Below, in pieces: positions 54,206 through 63,943 of a stretch of DNA of 64,000 nt; within the stretch, counting starts at the first letter, position 1; every line of letters begins with the position of its first letter. The notes beneath the pieces were generated by a model that saw only the letters and a list, made by a program, of their open reading frames with translations, ran no database searches and had not been told where the DNA came from. The DNA is from an uncultured delta proteobacterium. Its GTDB lineage: Bacteria > Myxococcota > Kuafuiibacteriia > Kuafuiibacteriales > Kuafuiibacteriaceae. The DNA lies in assembly GCA_963803435.1 (NCBI GenBank), contig CAWDML010000001.1, positions 1,312,001-1,376,000 on the forward strand, written 5' to 3'. The translations under genes were made by a program, and so were the position numbers.

Positions 54206-55603
54206 GTGGACGGCCCCCTCGAACAGCAGCGAACGACCACCCGTCAGTCGCCGTTCGTGGACGAAGCAGGCCGGCCGCTGGCCTTTGCGAGCTGTGAGAT
54301 CGCGGTGATCGCCGGTCCGGATCGCGGGTGCGCGCTGACCACCGAGAAGCGCCTGATCCGGATCGGGGCCGCCGAGGACAACGATCTCCTCCTCACGGAC
54401 GAGGCGGTCAGCCGCTACCACCTGGAGGTCGAGATGCGGGACGGCGAGTACGTGGTGCTCGACGTCGGCTCCACCAACGGCACGTTCTCCGGGGCGCTCC
54501 AGGTCTCGGAAGCGACCCTGCGGGGCGTGACGGAGCTCCGGGTCGGAAACGATCTCCTGCGCTTCACGCCGCACGAGCACAGCGAGCGCGTCGCGCCCTC
54601 TCTGTCGCGCCGGTGTGGGGAGATGGTGGGCGCGTCCCCGCCGATGCGCGGCGTGTTCGGCCTGATCGAGCGCGTGGCGCCCACCGACCTTCCCGTCCTG
54701 GTCACGGGGGAGACCGGGACCGGCAAGGAGCTGGTCGCCCGGGCCATCCACGAGCTCGGCAGCCGCTCCCAGAAGGCGTTCGTCACCCTCGACTGCGGCG
54801 CGCTGCCGCCCACGCTGATCGAGAGCGCGCTGTTCGGCTACGAGCGCGGCGCCTTCACCGGGGCTGATCGCGCCTACGCGGGCGTGTTCGAGCGCGCCCA
54901 CGGCGGCACGCTGTTCCTCGACGAGCTGGGGGAGCTCCCCCTCGAGCTGCAGCCGAAGCTGCTGAGAGCGGTGGAGCGCGGCGAGATCGAGCGGCTCCGC
55001 GGTGACGGCACGGTCCGCGTCGACGTTCGCATCATCGCGGCCACCAACCGCTCGCTGGAGGAGATGGTCAGGGAGGGGAGATTCCGCTCCAATCTCTACT
55101 TCCGGCTGGCCGTGGTGCACCTGGCGCTGCCCCCGCTGCGCGAGCGGATGAGCGACCTGCCGCTCCTGATCGAGCACCTGCTCGAGCGGTTCAACGGAGA
55201 GCTGGCCGGCGGCAACCCCCGGACCTGGCGCTTCGACCCCGAGGCCCTCGACCTGCTGTCGAAGCACCCGTTTCCTGGCAACGTCCGCGAGCTCGCCAAC
55301 CTGGTGCGGCGGTCCGCGCTCCTCGCCCGGGGCGAGACGATCTCGGCGGCGGATCTCTCGCTGGAGCCGGCGAAGGTGCCGCCCGCGCCTGCGGACACAC
55401 CCCCGCCCGAGGACTGGGCCGGTCTCAGCTTCAAGGACGCCAAGTCGAAGCTGGTCGACCACTTCGAGCGCGAGTACCTGGAGCACGTCCTTCGCCGCCA
55501 TCGTTTCAACGTCTCGGGCGCCGCGCGCGAGGCCGGCATCGGACGCCGGCACTTCCACCGCCTGCTCGACAAGTACGGGATCTCGTCGAGGAAGGAGCCG
55601 TGA
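54206..55603 (+). CDS. FHA-domain sigma54 enhancer-binding protein (FHA-AAA+-Fis HTH)
   Basis: FHA (IG....NDL.L.D..VSRYH...D.GSTNGT), GETGTGKE, ESALFG, GAFTGA, TLFLDE, IIAATN, FPGNVREL and HTH. Confidence 0.96.
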   Translation: MDGPLEQQRTTTRQSPFVDEAGRPLAFASCEIAVIAGPDRGCALTTEKRLIRIGAAEDNDLLLTDEAVSRYHLEVEMRDGEYVVLDVGSTNGTFSGALQVSEATLRGVTELRVGNDLLRFTPHEHSERVAPSLSRRCGEMVGASPPMRGVFGLIERVAPTDLPVLVTGETGTGKELVARAIHELGSRSQKAFVTLDCGALPPTLIESALFGYERGAFTGADRAYAGVFERAHGGTLFLDELGELPLELQPKLLRAVERGEIERLRGDGTVRVDVRIIAATNRSLEEMVREGRFRSNLYFRLAVVHLALPPLRERMSDLPLLIEHLLERFNGELAGGNPRTWRFDPEALDLLSKHPFPGNVRELANLVRRSALLARGETISAADLSLEPAKVPPAPADTPPPEDWAGLSFKDAKSKLVDHFEREYLEHVLRRHRFNVSGAAREAGIGRRHFHRLLDKYGISSRKEP

Positions 55604-57005
55604 ACCGCCGCGAGCTCACGAAGCCGATCCGGCTGACCGTCCCCGCGCGGCGCGTCTGTCCGGTGTGCGACGCCTCCGTCGAGGCGCTCGTCTGTCCGGC
55701 CGACGGCACCGCCACCCTCTCCCTGGAGGCGCCCGCCTCGATCCGGGTCGGCTCCAGTCCGGGCGCGTGGTCGCCGGTCGCTACCGGATCGAGAACCTCA
55801 TCGGCACGGGCGGCTTCGCCAAGGTCTTCCGCGCCACCCACACCGGCACCGGGCAATGCGTGGCGCTGAAGGTGCTCGACGGCACGGGCCTCGGCGACGA
55901 CGTGATGATGCTGCGCCGCTTCTTCCGGGAGGCGCGAGCGAGCGCGAGCCTGCGTCACCCCAACACCGTGCGCGTCTTCGACTTTGGCCAGGAGGAGGAC
56001 GGCACCGTCTACCTGGCGATGGAGCTGCTCACCGGCCGCACGCTGCGGGCCGAGCAGAAGAGCCGCCTGGCCGCGAGCGGATCGATCAGTGAGGTCGAGG
56101 CGGTCTCGATCGCGATCGCGGTGGCCCAGAGCCTGAGCGAGGCGCACTGCCTGGGACTGGTGCACCGCGACATCGGGCCGAACAACATCTTCCTGCACGA
56201 GGTCGCCGGCAGCGAGCCGGTGGTCAAGGTGCTGGACTTCGGCCTGGTGAAGGACGGCGGGCAGCCGCTCACGCGTGCCAACCAGCTCTTCGGCACGGCC
56301 GCCTACATGAGCCCGGAGCAGGCGCTCGGCAGGCGCGGCGACGCCAAGAGCGACCTCTACAGCCTTGGGATCCTGATGTGGTGGATGATCGCCGGCTCGC
56401 CTCCGTTCGCCGGCGGAACGCCAAAGGAGGTGATGCGCTGCCACGTCACCGAGTCCGTTCCACCCTTGAACGCGCGCGGCGGTGTGCCGGTCTCGAACGC
56501 GTTCGAGGCGGTCATCGCCTGTGCCACCGCGAAGGATCCGATCGATCGCTACGCCGACGCCCAGGAGATGCGCCGTGCGCTCGAGTCCTGCCGCGATGAG
56601 CTCGCACGTCACGAGCGATCACCCACGCTGGTCGCGGAGACGATGCTGCCCGAGGTCAAGACGCCGCGCCGCTGGAAGCGAGCTGCGCTGATCTCCGGGA
56701 CGATCTCGATCCTCGCCATGCTCGTCACGCTGACCCTGGCCCGAGAGGAGCCCCAGCCGGTCGCGATTCCCCGGGCGCCCACACCGGCGTCCGTCGAGAC
56801 CCCGGCGATCGTCGCGACCCCGCCGCCGGCCGAGCTGGAAGAGCCGTCCGAGCCGGCCGCCCCGCCCATCCCCGACGACGAGCGGCCGGCCCACAAGAGA
56901 AAGCCGACGCGATCGAGGCGGAGCGTCCGAAGGGTGCGGCCTCCCGCCGTCGAGCCCGACCCACCCGCACCGCCGCCGTCCTCGATCCTCACCACACCGA
57001 TCTGA
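55600..57005 (+). CDS. Membrane Ser/Thr kinase with N-terminal zinc ribbon; frameshift near 55739
   Basis: CPVC...CPADG in ORF 55600..55869. IGTGGFAKV, VALK, HRDIGPNN, DFG, YMSPEQ, TM and Pro-rich tail in ORF 55665..57005. Confidence 0.9.
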
Positions 57006-57008
57006 GCC

Positions 57009-57710
57009 ATGGTGCCCCAGGTCCTGCTGTTGTCCGTGCTGCTGTCGGGTGCTCCGCCGGCCCCGTCACCGACGCCGGAGATGCTCCACCAGGCCGAGAT
57101 CCAAGCCGCCAAGGCCCTGGCGTCCTGGGAAGCGAAGGCCTTCTCCCGGGCGGCCCAGTACTTCCTGGAGGCCTACGCGCTCTCGGGCGAGCCGACCCAG
57201 CTCCGGAACGCGGCCAAGGCGCTCGAGTCGGCCGGCTCGCGCGACGAGGCGACCAGCGCGTGGCGCCAGCTCCTCGAGCGCACCGACCTGACGGACGCGC
57301 AGCGGGCGGAGGCCGAGGCGCGGATCGCGGCGCTCGCGGAGGAGGAGGAGACCAGACCAATCGACCCAGCTCCGCCGCCAATCGTCGCACCGCCCCTGGA
57401 TCCGGTGGCGGTGACAGTCGCGGTGCCCCCGGCGGCGCCGGCCTGGCCCCCGTGGTTGCTCGCGGCTTCGGGCGTGGCGGCGGCGGCGGCCGGCGGCGTG
57501 CTGTACTGGAGATCCGCGGACGAGCTCGGCGCCCTGCAGGATCTCCTCGCGATCACGGACGACCAAGGCCTGATCGTCGGAGTTCAACACGACGAGGCCG
57601 TCCGGATGCGACGTCGCATCAACGGCCTGAGAGCCAGCGGCGTGGTGGCGCTCTCGCTCGGGATCACCTGTGCGCTCGCGGGGGTGTCCTGGTGGTGGCT
57701 CGAGTGGTGA
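57009..57710 (+). CDS. Exported TPR-like protein with C-terminal TM helices
   Basis: Signal, AAQYFLEAYALSGEP..LRNAAKALE, Pro linker and WPPWLL; same architecture as 1845..2672. Confidence 0.8.
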   Translation: MVPQVLLLSVLLSGAPPAPSPTPEMLHQAEIQAAKALASWEAKAFSRAAQYFLEAYALSGEPTQLRNAAKALESAGSRDEATSAWRQLLERTDLTDAQRAEAEARIAALAEEEETRPIDPAPPPIVAPPLDPVAVTVAVPPAAPAWPPWLLAASGVAAAAAGGVLYWRSADELGALQDLLAITDDQGLIVGVQHDEAVRMRRRINGLRASGVVALSLGITCALAGVSWWWLEW

Positions 57711-58867
57711 GATCGGTGCTCCTCACCGCGGTGGCCGGCTGCGCGCTCGCGGGGTGCGTCGACCTCCCGCTGCTGCCGAGCGAGTTCGCCTGCGGCACGG
57801 GCGGGCCGTGCGCGGAGGACGCCACCGGGGACGCCGGGGCGAAGGACGCGTTCGGACGTGCGGACGCGTCGGACGGAGACGTCGCCGCGGACGCGGGCAG
57901 CGACGTCGACAGCGGTGCGGACGACGCGGGCAATGCGTGCGCTGCGGGTCCGAGCGGGAGCTGGCGCCTGCTGGCCGTGACCGGCGCGATCCCCCGCTCG
58001 GGTCACTCCGCGGTGGTCGACACCATGCGAAACCGCGCGCTCGTGTTCGGCGGCGCGGGCGCAGACTCGCGGCTGATGGCGTTCTCGGCCGGCACGCTCG
58101 CGTTCGAGCCTGTGGTCCTCACCTCCACGTCCCCGCCGCCGCGCCGCGAGCACGCCGCCGCCTACAACGATGAGGAGGACGGCGAGGTGATGATCTTCGG
58201 CGGCCTCGATCCTTCCAGCAGCGAGCTCGACGACGCCTGGCGCCTCTCGTTCGTCAACTCTGAGTGGATCTTCGAGGGGAACCTCCAGTCGCCGCGACAC
58301 GGGGCGGCCGCGGCCGTGCTCCAGTCCGTGGTCGACTACATCGCGATCCTGGGCGGCTGCGACGCCGGCGGGCCGGTCGCCGCCGATCAGTCCTTCGACG
58401 TCATCATCAACAGCGTCGGGCCTCTCACCAGCAACGCGCCGAAGCCGACTCCACGCTGTGATCAGACCGCCACGTTTGTCCCGAACCTGGGCACGCTCGT
58501 CTTCGGCGGGCGAAACACCCAGGCGCTCGACGATCTCTGGTCGCTGCGGGAGGACACCTCCTCGCTCCCGTTCACGCGCAACTGGACGCGCCTCGCCTCG
58601 GGCCCGGCCCGCTTCGGTCACACCGCGGTCTTCGACGCCGCCCACAACCGGCTGCTGGTGTTCGGCGGCATCGACGCGAGCGGCGCGCGCCTTCAGGACA
58701 CACAGGCGTACTCGATCGACAACGGCTGCTGGGCCCGGCTGAGCCCCAGCGGAGGCGGGCCCTCCGCGCGCGCTCAGCACGCCGCGTTCATGCTGAACGG
58801 GATGATGTACGTGTATGGCGGGGATGACGGCAGCACGCGCGACGACGTCTGGGAGCTCTCGTTCTGA
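57707..58867 (+). CDS. Kelch-repeat (beta-propeller) lipoprotein
   Basis: GTGA overlap, lipobox LAGC, DAG linker and repeats PRSGHSAV..LVFGG, RREHAAA..MIFGG, RFGHTAV..LVFGG, RAQHAA..YVYGG. Confidence 0.9.
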   Translation: MRSVLLTAVAGCALAGCVDLPLLPSEFACGTGGPCAEDATGDAGAKDAFGRADASDGDVAADAGSDVDSGADDAGNACAAGPSGSWRLLAVTGAIPRSGHSAVVDTMRNRALVFGGAGADSRLMAFSAGTLAFEPVVLTSTSPPPRREHAAAYNDEEDGEVMIFGGLDPSSSELDDAWRLSFVNSEWIFEGNLQSPRHGAAAAVLQSVVDYIAILGGCDAGGPVAADQSFDVIINSVGPLTSNAPKPTPRCDQTATFVPNLGTLVFGGRNTQALDDLWSLREDTSSLPFTRNWTRLASGPARFGHTAVFDAAHNRLLVFGGIDASGARLQDTQAYSIDNGCWARLSPSGGGPSARAQHAAFMLNGMMYVYGGDDGSTRDDVWELSF

Positions 58868-58872
58868 CGGGA

Positions 58873-59499
58873 TCAGATCCCGCTGCAGGCATCGAACGCC
58901 GCGGTGCAGCCGCTCTCGTCACGACACTGATCGCAGGCCGCCGAGTTGGAGCCGGCGCAGGACGTGAGGCAGTTCTGGATCGCACACGTCGTCACTTGGA
59001 CGTAGCACTCGGTGCAGTCCGGGGAGAGGCCGACGTCGTTGATGATGCAGTTGCGCGTGCAGGTGGGGCCGCCGAAGCAGCCGCTGGCACAGGTCTCGAC
59101 GCCCGCGGGGACGTCGGTGGTCATGTGGATGGTGGAGTCGGCGGTGTTCGTGCAGGCGCCGGAGGCGCCGGTGTCGGGCGTGCCGGTATCGGCTGTGCCG
59201 GTGTCGGCCGTACCGGCGTCGACCTCTCCACCCGCGTCGACCTCTCCACCCGCGTCGACCTCTCCGCCCGCGTCGACCTCAGCGCCGGCGTCGGCGACGA
59301 TGCCGGAGTCCTCGTCGGTGCCGGCGTCCGCGAGCAGGCCGGAGTCGACGGGCGTGCCGCTGTCCTTGGGCGGAGCGCCGGAGTCGTCCGGGCTGGCGCC
59401 GGAGTCGGGAGGGACGCCGGAGTCGGTCAGAACCCCGGGCTCGGTGCCCCCGCAGCCGGCGGCGAGGGCGAAGGCGACGAGGAGGAGGCGATGCTTCAT
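58873..59499 (-). CDS. Small lipoprotein with DSG/DAG/DTG repeat linker and C-terminal Cys-rich domain
   Basis: MKHRLLLVAFALAAGC; C-terminal domain CASGC..CTRNC..LSPDCTECY..CAIQNC..C..CDQC..C..FDACSG. Confidence 0.85.
   Translation of the reverse strand: MKHRLLLVAFALAAGCGGTEPGVLTDSGVPPDSGASPDDSGAPPKDSGTPVDSGLLADAGTDEDSGIVADAGAEVDAGGEVDAGGEVDAGGEVDAGTADTGTADTGTPDTGASGACTNTADSTIHMTTDVPAGVETCASGCFGGPTCTRNCIINDVGLSPDCTECYVQVTTCAIQNCLTSCAGSNSAACDQCRDESGCTAAFDACSGI
59216..59280. repeat. 18-bp tandem repeat, about 3.6 copies (encodes EVDAGG)
   Basis: GCGTCGACCTCTCCACCC at 59216 and 59234, at 59252 with one mismatch, and a partial copy at 59270. Confidence 0.9.
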
Positions 59500-59512
59500 G
59501 GCGCCGCACCGC

Positions 59513-59528
59513 TGCAACCGATGTGCCC
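59513..59528 (-). promoter_or_regulatory. Sigma54 promoter of the Cys-rich lipoprotein
   Basis: Minus strand reads GGCAC-ATCGG-TTGCA, near the consensus TGGCAC-N5-TTGCA; the conserved C is 15 nt before the ATG. Confidence 0.72.
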
Positions 59529-59688
59529 CGAAGCCCCGACCGGAGGGAGCGCCGTCACGTGGGCTGTGGAGGGCCCAGGTGAGCCGCCGCCTTCGCCGGG
59601 AACGGGCCTGTTGCGCCGGCACCTCGGGATCCCGGCGAGATGTCGCGACGCCCGCGCGAGGGATCCGGAACGCGCGGAACCGCGACCA

Positions 59689-59704
59689 TGGTCCGCGCCT
59701 TGCA
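59689..59704 (+). promoter_or_regulatory. Sigma54 promoter of 59717..60196
   Basis: TGGTCCGCGCCTTGCA (GG-N10-GC); the conserved C is 14 nt before the ATG. Confidence 0.62.
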
Positions 59705-59716
59705 CACGGGGCGCGC

Positions 59717-60196
59717 ATGTCACCGGCCAAGCTCGCACCCCTCGTCGCGCTCTCGCTCTTCTTCATCTCTTCTCCAGCCCGGGCGCAGGGCGAGGTCCTC
59801 CCGGTGCTCGGCCTGTTCATCGTGGCGGAGGGCGCCGTCGTGATCGCAGGGACGGTGACGGGGATCGGGACGGGCATCCAGCTCGGGCGAGACGAGCCCA
59901 GGATCGGCTGGCCGATCGCCTCGTTCGTCACCGGCGGGCTCGGGGTGGCGTACGGCGGGCTCCTCACCTTCGTGTTCGCGCAGGACGGCTCGGTCGAGCC
60001 GGGTCTGTGGGCGTTCGCGCTCGTGCCGCTCGCCGTCGGTATCACGAACCTGTCCCTCGCCATCGCCACCCTGGTGAAGCGGAGCAATGCGCGGGCGGAG
60101 CCGGAGCTGGAGGAGAACGACTGGGTGGTAGCGCCGCTCCTCCTCGACGGACGAGCCGGCGCAGCGCCCGGGATCGGCGCGGCGATCCGCTTCTGA
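59717..60196 (+). CDS. Hypothetical membrane protein (signal peptide plus three hydrophobic helices)
   Basis: MSPAKLAPLVAL...PARA and a C-terminal VAP....G..G....RF tail typical of myxobacterial proteins. Confidence 0.72.
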   Translation: MSPAKLAPLVALSLFFISSPARAQGEVLPVLGLFIVAEGAVVIAGTVTGIGTGIQLGRDEPRIGWPIASFVTGGLGVAYGGLLTFVFAQDGSVEPGLWAFALVPLAVGITNLSLAIATLVKRSNARAEPELEENDWVVAPLLLDGRAGAAPGIGAAIRF

Positions 60197-60208
60197 CCGG
60201 AGCGGGCC

Positions 60209-61336
60209 TCAGACCTTCGGCGCAGGGATGCTGACGCGGACCAGGTCGGGCACCTGACCATCGCCGAAGTTCTTCGCCCTCGCCACGAAGCTGTCGGTCA
60301 CCTGATAGCCGCGAGCCACCAGCAGGATGCCGGAGTGCATGCGGACGTCGTCGACGAAGGTCATGCCCGGCTCCACCAGCCTGAGCGGAATCTCGCGGAT
60401 CTGCTCCTTGAGCTCGCCGCCGATCAGGTCAGCGAAGCGGGCGAGGATCTGCGCGTCGTACCGCTCGTGCCGGGCTCGGAGGATCGCGATCGCCTCTGCC
60501 TTGGGGACACCGCGGGACTCGATGTTGTCGAACTCGAGCGCGACGCGAAGCACGCGCCCGCCGAGCGTGCGCGGCGCCGGCAACGACAGCTCGCCGAGGA
60601 GATCGATCACCGGATCGAGGCGGGGAATGCTCCCCAGGATCCTGCGCGCGACCCCGGGGAGCTCGTCGACGGAACGCTGCTCCTCGGGCGTGAGCGGCTC
60701 GCCGTTGTGCGCCTTCCTCAGCGTCTCCTCGGGGAGCGTGATCGCGCCGATCTCGACCAGCATCGCCGCGACCTCGATGTGCCAGCGATTCTTCTCGCCC
60801 ATCGAGTCGAGCAGCATCGCCACGTGCTTCTTGATCCGGTTGGCGCGTCCGAAGGCGACCGGATGCGTGAGCGAGAGGATGTCGCCGAGCATCTGGACGC
60901 AGCCGTGCAACGTCTGCTCTAGGAGCTCCTTCTCGGCGGTGATCAATCGGTTCTGCTCGACAGCCGCATGAACGCTGCCGAGCAGCTGCTCGGGGGAGCA
61001 CGGCTTGGTGAGGAAGCGGAAGATCTGGCCCTCGTTCACCGCCGACACCGCCGACTTGAGATCTGCGTAGCCCGTCAGCAGGATGCGAACGGTGTCGGGC
61101 GAGATCTCGCGCACGCGCTTGAGGAACTCGGCGCCGTTCATCTGCGGCATCCGCATGTCGGAGATGACCACCGCGCAGGGAGCCGCCTGGATCTGTTCGA
61201 GCCCGGCCGCGGCGCTGTTCGCCATCACCAGATCGAACCGCCGCAGGATCGGGACCAGGCCCTCCAGAACGCGCGGTTCGTCGTCGACGCAGAGCACCCG
61301 TGGCCCGACGGTTCTCTTGGCACTCCGTTCACGCAC
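60209..61336 (-). CDS. Response regulator with degenerate HD/HD-GYP-like output
   Basis: REC (VLCVDDE, SDMRMP, LTG, KP) followed by an HD_5-like helical domain lacking the HD and GYP motifs. Confidence 0.88.
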   Translation of the reverse strand: MRERSAKRTVGPRVLCVDDEPRVLEGLVPILRRFDLVMANSAAAGLEQIQAAPCAVVISDMRMPQMNGAEFLKRVREISPDTVRILLTGYADLKSAVSAVNEGQIFRFLTKPCSPEQLLGSVHAAVEQNRLITAEKELLEQTLHGCVQMLGDILSLTHPVAFGRANRIKKHVAMLLDSMGEKNRWHIEVAAMLVEIGAITLPEETLRKAHNGEPLTPEEQRSVDELPGVARRILGSIPRLDPVIDLLGELSLPAPRTLGGRVLRVALEFDNIESRGVPKAEAIAILRARHERYDAQILARFADLIGGELKEQIREIPLRLVEPGMTFVDDVRMHSGILLVARGYQVTDSFVARAKNFGDGQVPDLVRVSIPAPKV

Positions 61337-62504
61337 AGCCGTCTCTCTCCTCTCGCGCGAGCTTCGACCAGCGTTCGAGTCGATCGAGGCACTCGATCTG
61401 CTCCAGGTACGCGAGGTCGAGACCAGTGTGATCGTCGGGACTGACGGCGAGCACGTCGGCGACGTGGACAGCGCCCACCAGGTTGAGCCCCTCGCTCGCG
61501 ACGCGGCTCGGGTGGTGGTGGTTGGCGGTCGCCTCCACGACGGAGAACGGCAGCCCCCAGAGGCCGAGCAGGTACGCGCCGATCTCGGCGTGCGTGACGC
61601 CCCAGTGCTCCTCCTCGATCTCGTTGACGGGCCGGCTCTCCCGGCGCGCGGTCTCGAGCACTCCGGCGAACTCCACCGGGAGCTTCTTCGCCAGCACCAG
61701 CTGGCCGATGTCGTGCACCAGGCCGGTGAGAAAGGCCTGCTCCTTGCGCGACCGCTCCTCCACCATGCGGGCGGCGAGGCGCGCCGTCAGCACCGAGTGC
61801 TGCTGGAGGGCGTCCGGCGAGAAGCCTGGCAGCTCTGGATAGGGCTCCCCGTGGAAGATCCCGTTGAGCAGCACCAGGTTCTTGACCATGGCGAAGCCGA
61901 GATAACCGACGGCCTGAGTGGTGTTGGTGATCGAGCGGCCCAGGCGGAAGAACGCCGAGCTCACCACCTGGAGTAGCTTGGCCGACATCGCCATGTCCCG
62001 CTCCACGATCTTGGCCACGTCCGTGGCGCTGGTCCGCTCGTCGTTGAGCGCAAGGGTGAGCTCGCTGTACGTGGCCGGCAGAGGCGGCAGGTTGTCCAGC
62101 GTCCCCACGGCGCTCCGGATGCGCTCCTCGCCAATCAGGAGCTGGAGGCTGATCGCCCGCTCGACCGTCTCCTCGAGCACGGCCGGATCGCAGGGCTTGG
62201 AGAGGTACTGGTGGGCGACGGGGAGCGATCGCATCGCCGCGTCGGTGTCCGCGTATCCGGAGAGGACGATCCGGACGGTGTCCGGCTGGATCTCCTTGGC
62301 TTTGGACAGGAGGGTCGCTCCGTCCATGCCGGGCATGCGCATGTCCGTGACCACGGCGTCGAACCGCGCCTCCCGCAGGCGCTCGAGCGCCGCCTCGGGT
62401 CCGGGCGCGAAGACCATGTCCCACTCCTTACGCTTGTGGCGCAGGAGTACCCGGAGTCCCTCGAGAATGCGCTCCTCGTCGTCCACGAACAGGAGTCGTC
62501 TCAC
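61329..62504 (-). CDS. REC-HDOD response regulator
   Basis: REC (LFVDDE, DMRMP, KP) and HDOD (LPPLP, D.AMSAKLL.VV.SAFF, GLVHDIG, HAEIGAYLL..WGLP, HH). Confidence 0.93.
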   Translation of the reverse strand: MRRLLFVDDEERILEGLRVLLRHKRKEWDMVFAPGPEAALERLREARFDAVVTDMRMPGMDGATLLSKAKEIQPDTVRIVLSGYADTDAAMRSLPVAHQYLSKPCDPAVLEETVERAISLQLLIGEERIRSAVGTLDNLPPLPATYSELTLALNDERTSATDVAKIVERDMAMSAKLLQVVSSAFFRLGRSITNTTQAVGYLGFAMVKNLVLLNGIFHGEPYPELPGFSPDALQQHSVLTARLAARMVEERSRKEQAFLTGLVHDIGQLVLAKKLPVEFAGVLETARRESRPVNEIEEEHWGVTHAEIGAYLLGLWGLPFSVVEATANHHHPSRVASEGLNLVGAVHVADVLAVSPDDHTGLDLAYLEQIECLDRLERWSKLAREERDGCA

Positions 62505-63943
62505 GCCGCTTCTCCTTCCGCCGGCTCCGAAGAGGCGTGAAGGCGGACGAAGAACGTCGTGCCTCGACCCGCCTCGGTCACGAAGTCGAGCTTTCCGCCG
62601 TGCTTCTCGACGACGATCGCCCGCGAGATCGCGAGGCCTTGACCGGTGCCGCGTCCGACCTCCTTCGTCGTGAAGAACGGATCGAAGATGCGTCCCTGGA
62701 TCGCCTCCGGGATCCCGCCTCCGGTGTCCTCGATCTCGACCACCACGTCGTCTCCGTCCTGGCGGGTCCGCACCGTGATCGTGCCTCGATCATCGATACC
62801 GCTGCCCAGATCGCTGATCGCGTGCGCTGCGTTGACGATCAGGTTGAGGAACACCTGATTGAGATCGCTGATGTAGCAGCTGACCGGCGCGATCTCGCCG
62901 AGCTCCATCTGCAGGTCGGCCACGTACTTGTACTCGTTGCGGGCGACGGTGACCGTGTTCTTGAGCGCGTTGTTGAGATCGGCGGGGGTCTTCTCACCGT
63001 AGTCCTGTGGATGGGCAAACTCCTTCATGGCCCGCACGATGGTGGCGACGCGGTCGGTGCCGTCGAAGACGCGCTCGAACGCCTTCGGCACTTGCTCGCG
63101 CAGGAACTCGAGGTCCGCGTCGTCCTCGGCCTGCTCGATCCGCTCGACGACTTCGTCCTCGTCCGGGAGCTCCCTCCGGTAGGTTTCGAGCAGGCTGAAC
63201 ACGTCCTTGAAGGCGCGGTGGAGGAAGTGGACGCTGTCGCCCACATACTGGATCGGCGTGTTGATCTCGTGCGCGATGCCGGCGGCGAGCTGACCGACCG
63301 CCTCCAGCTTCTGGGCGAGGCGCAGCTCTCCCTCCATCCGTTGGCGCTCCTCGATCTCGCGGGAGAGGTGCTCGTTGGCGACCTCGACCTCGCGCGTCCG
63401 GCGTCGCACCAGCTCGTCGAGGCTCGCCAGCCGCTCCATCTGCGCCTGATGGAGCGACCACTTCCGCGACAGGGTCTGGGCCATCTGCCGCACCTCGACG
63501 CTGTCGAACGGCTTCTTGAGCACCAGACCGTCGCGGGCTCCGAGGCTTCCGGCGATGTCGGACCAGGTGTGGTCGGAGTAGGCGGTGCAGATGACGATCT
63601 GGAGATACGGATCGGCGGCCCAGAGGCGCTCGGTGGTCTCGAGGCCGTCCCAACCGGGTGGCATGCGCATGTCGATGAACGCCACCGCGAAGCGCGCGTT
63701 CTCTGACACGCTCTTCTCCACCAGCGCGAGCGCCTCGCGTCCCTGGTAGGCGGAGGTGATCTGGAACGAGCTCACGGGTCTCGGTGCCTCGACACCGAAG
63801 AGCTCGGCGCGCAGGTCGTCGAGCTCGCCCCCGTCGCGCGTGCTCCCGGCCAGCACCTTGCTGATGTCCTCGTGGATCGCCGGGTTGTCGTCGACGACCA
63901 GGACTCGATGGTTGGTGAACTCCTCGAAGGTGGACGTCAACAT
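62501..63943 (-). CDS. Hybrid REC-histidine kinase
   Basis: VLVVDDN..IH and DMRMPPGWDG; QKLEAVGQLAAGIAHEINTP, NQVFLNL, DTGGGI and GTGQGL. Confidence 0.95.
   Translation of the reverse strand: MLTSTFEEFTNHRVLVVDDNPAIHEDISKVLAGSTRDGGELDDLRAELFGVEAPRPVSSFQITSAYQGREALALVEKSVSENARFAVAFIDMRMPPGWDGLETTERLWAADPYLQIVICTAYSDHTWSDIAGSLGARDGLVLKKPFDSVEVRQMAQTLSRKWSLHQAQMERLASLDELVRRRTREVEVANEHLSREIEERQRMEGELRLAQKLEAVGQLAAGIAHEINTPIQYVGDSVHFLHRAFKDVFSLLETYRRELPDEDEVVERIEQAEDDADLEFLREQVPKAFERVFDGTDRVATIVRAMKEFAHPQDYGEKTPADLNNALKNTVTVARNEYKYVADLQMELGEIAPVSCYISDLNQVFLNLIVNAAHAISDLGSGIDDRGTITVRTRQDGDDVVVEIEDTGGGIPEAIQGRIFDPFFTTKEVGRGTGQGLAISRAIVVEKHGGKLDFVTEAGRGTTFFVRLHASSEPAEGEAA

Noticed and set aside
59216-59280. 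Tandem repeat as a CRISPR array
   Set aside because: It is an in-frame 18-bp coding repeat with no spacers, and there are no cas genes.
58873-60261. Overlapping long ORFs 58873..60261(-), 58996..60234(+) and 59012..60196(+)
   Set aside because: They resolve into two divergent shorter genes (starts 59499 and 59717), each with a signal peptide and a sigma54 motif.
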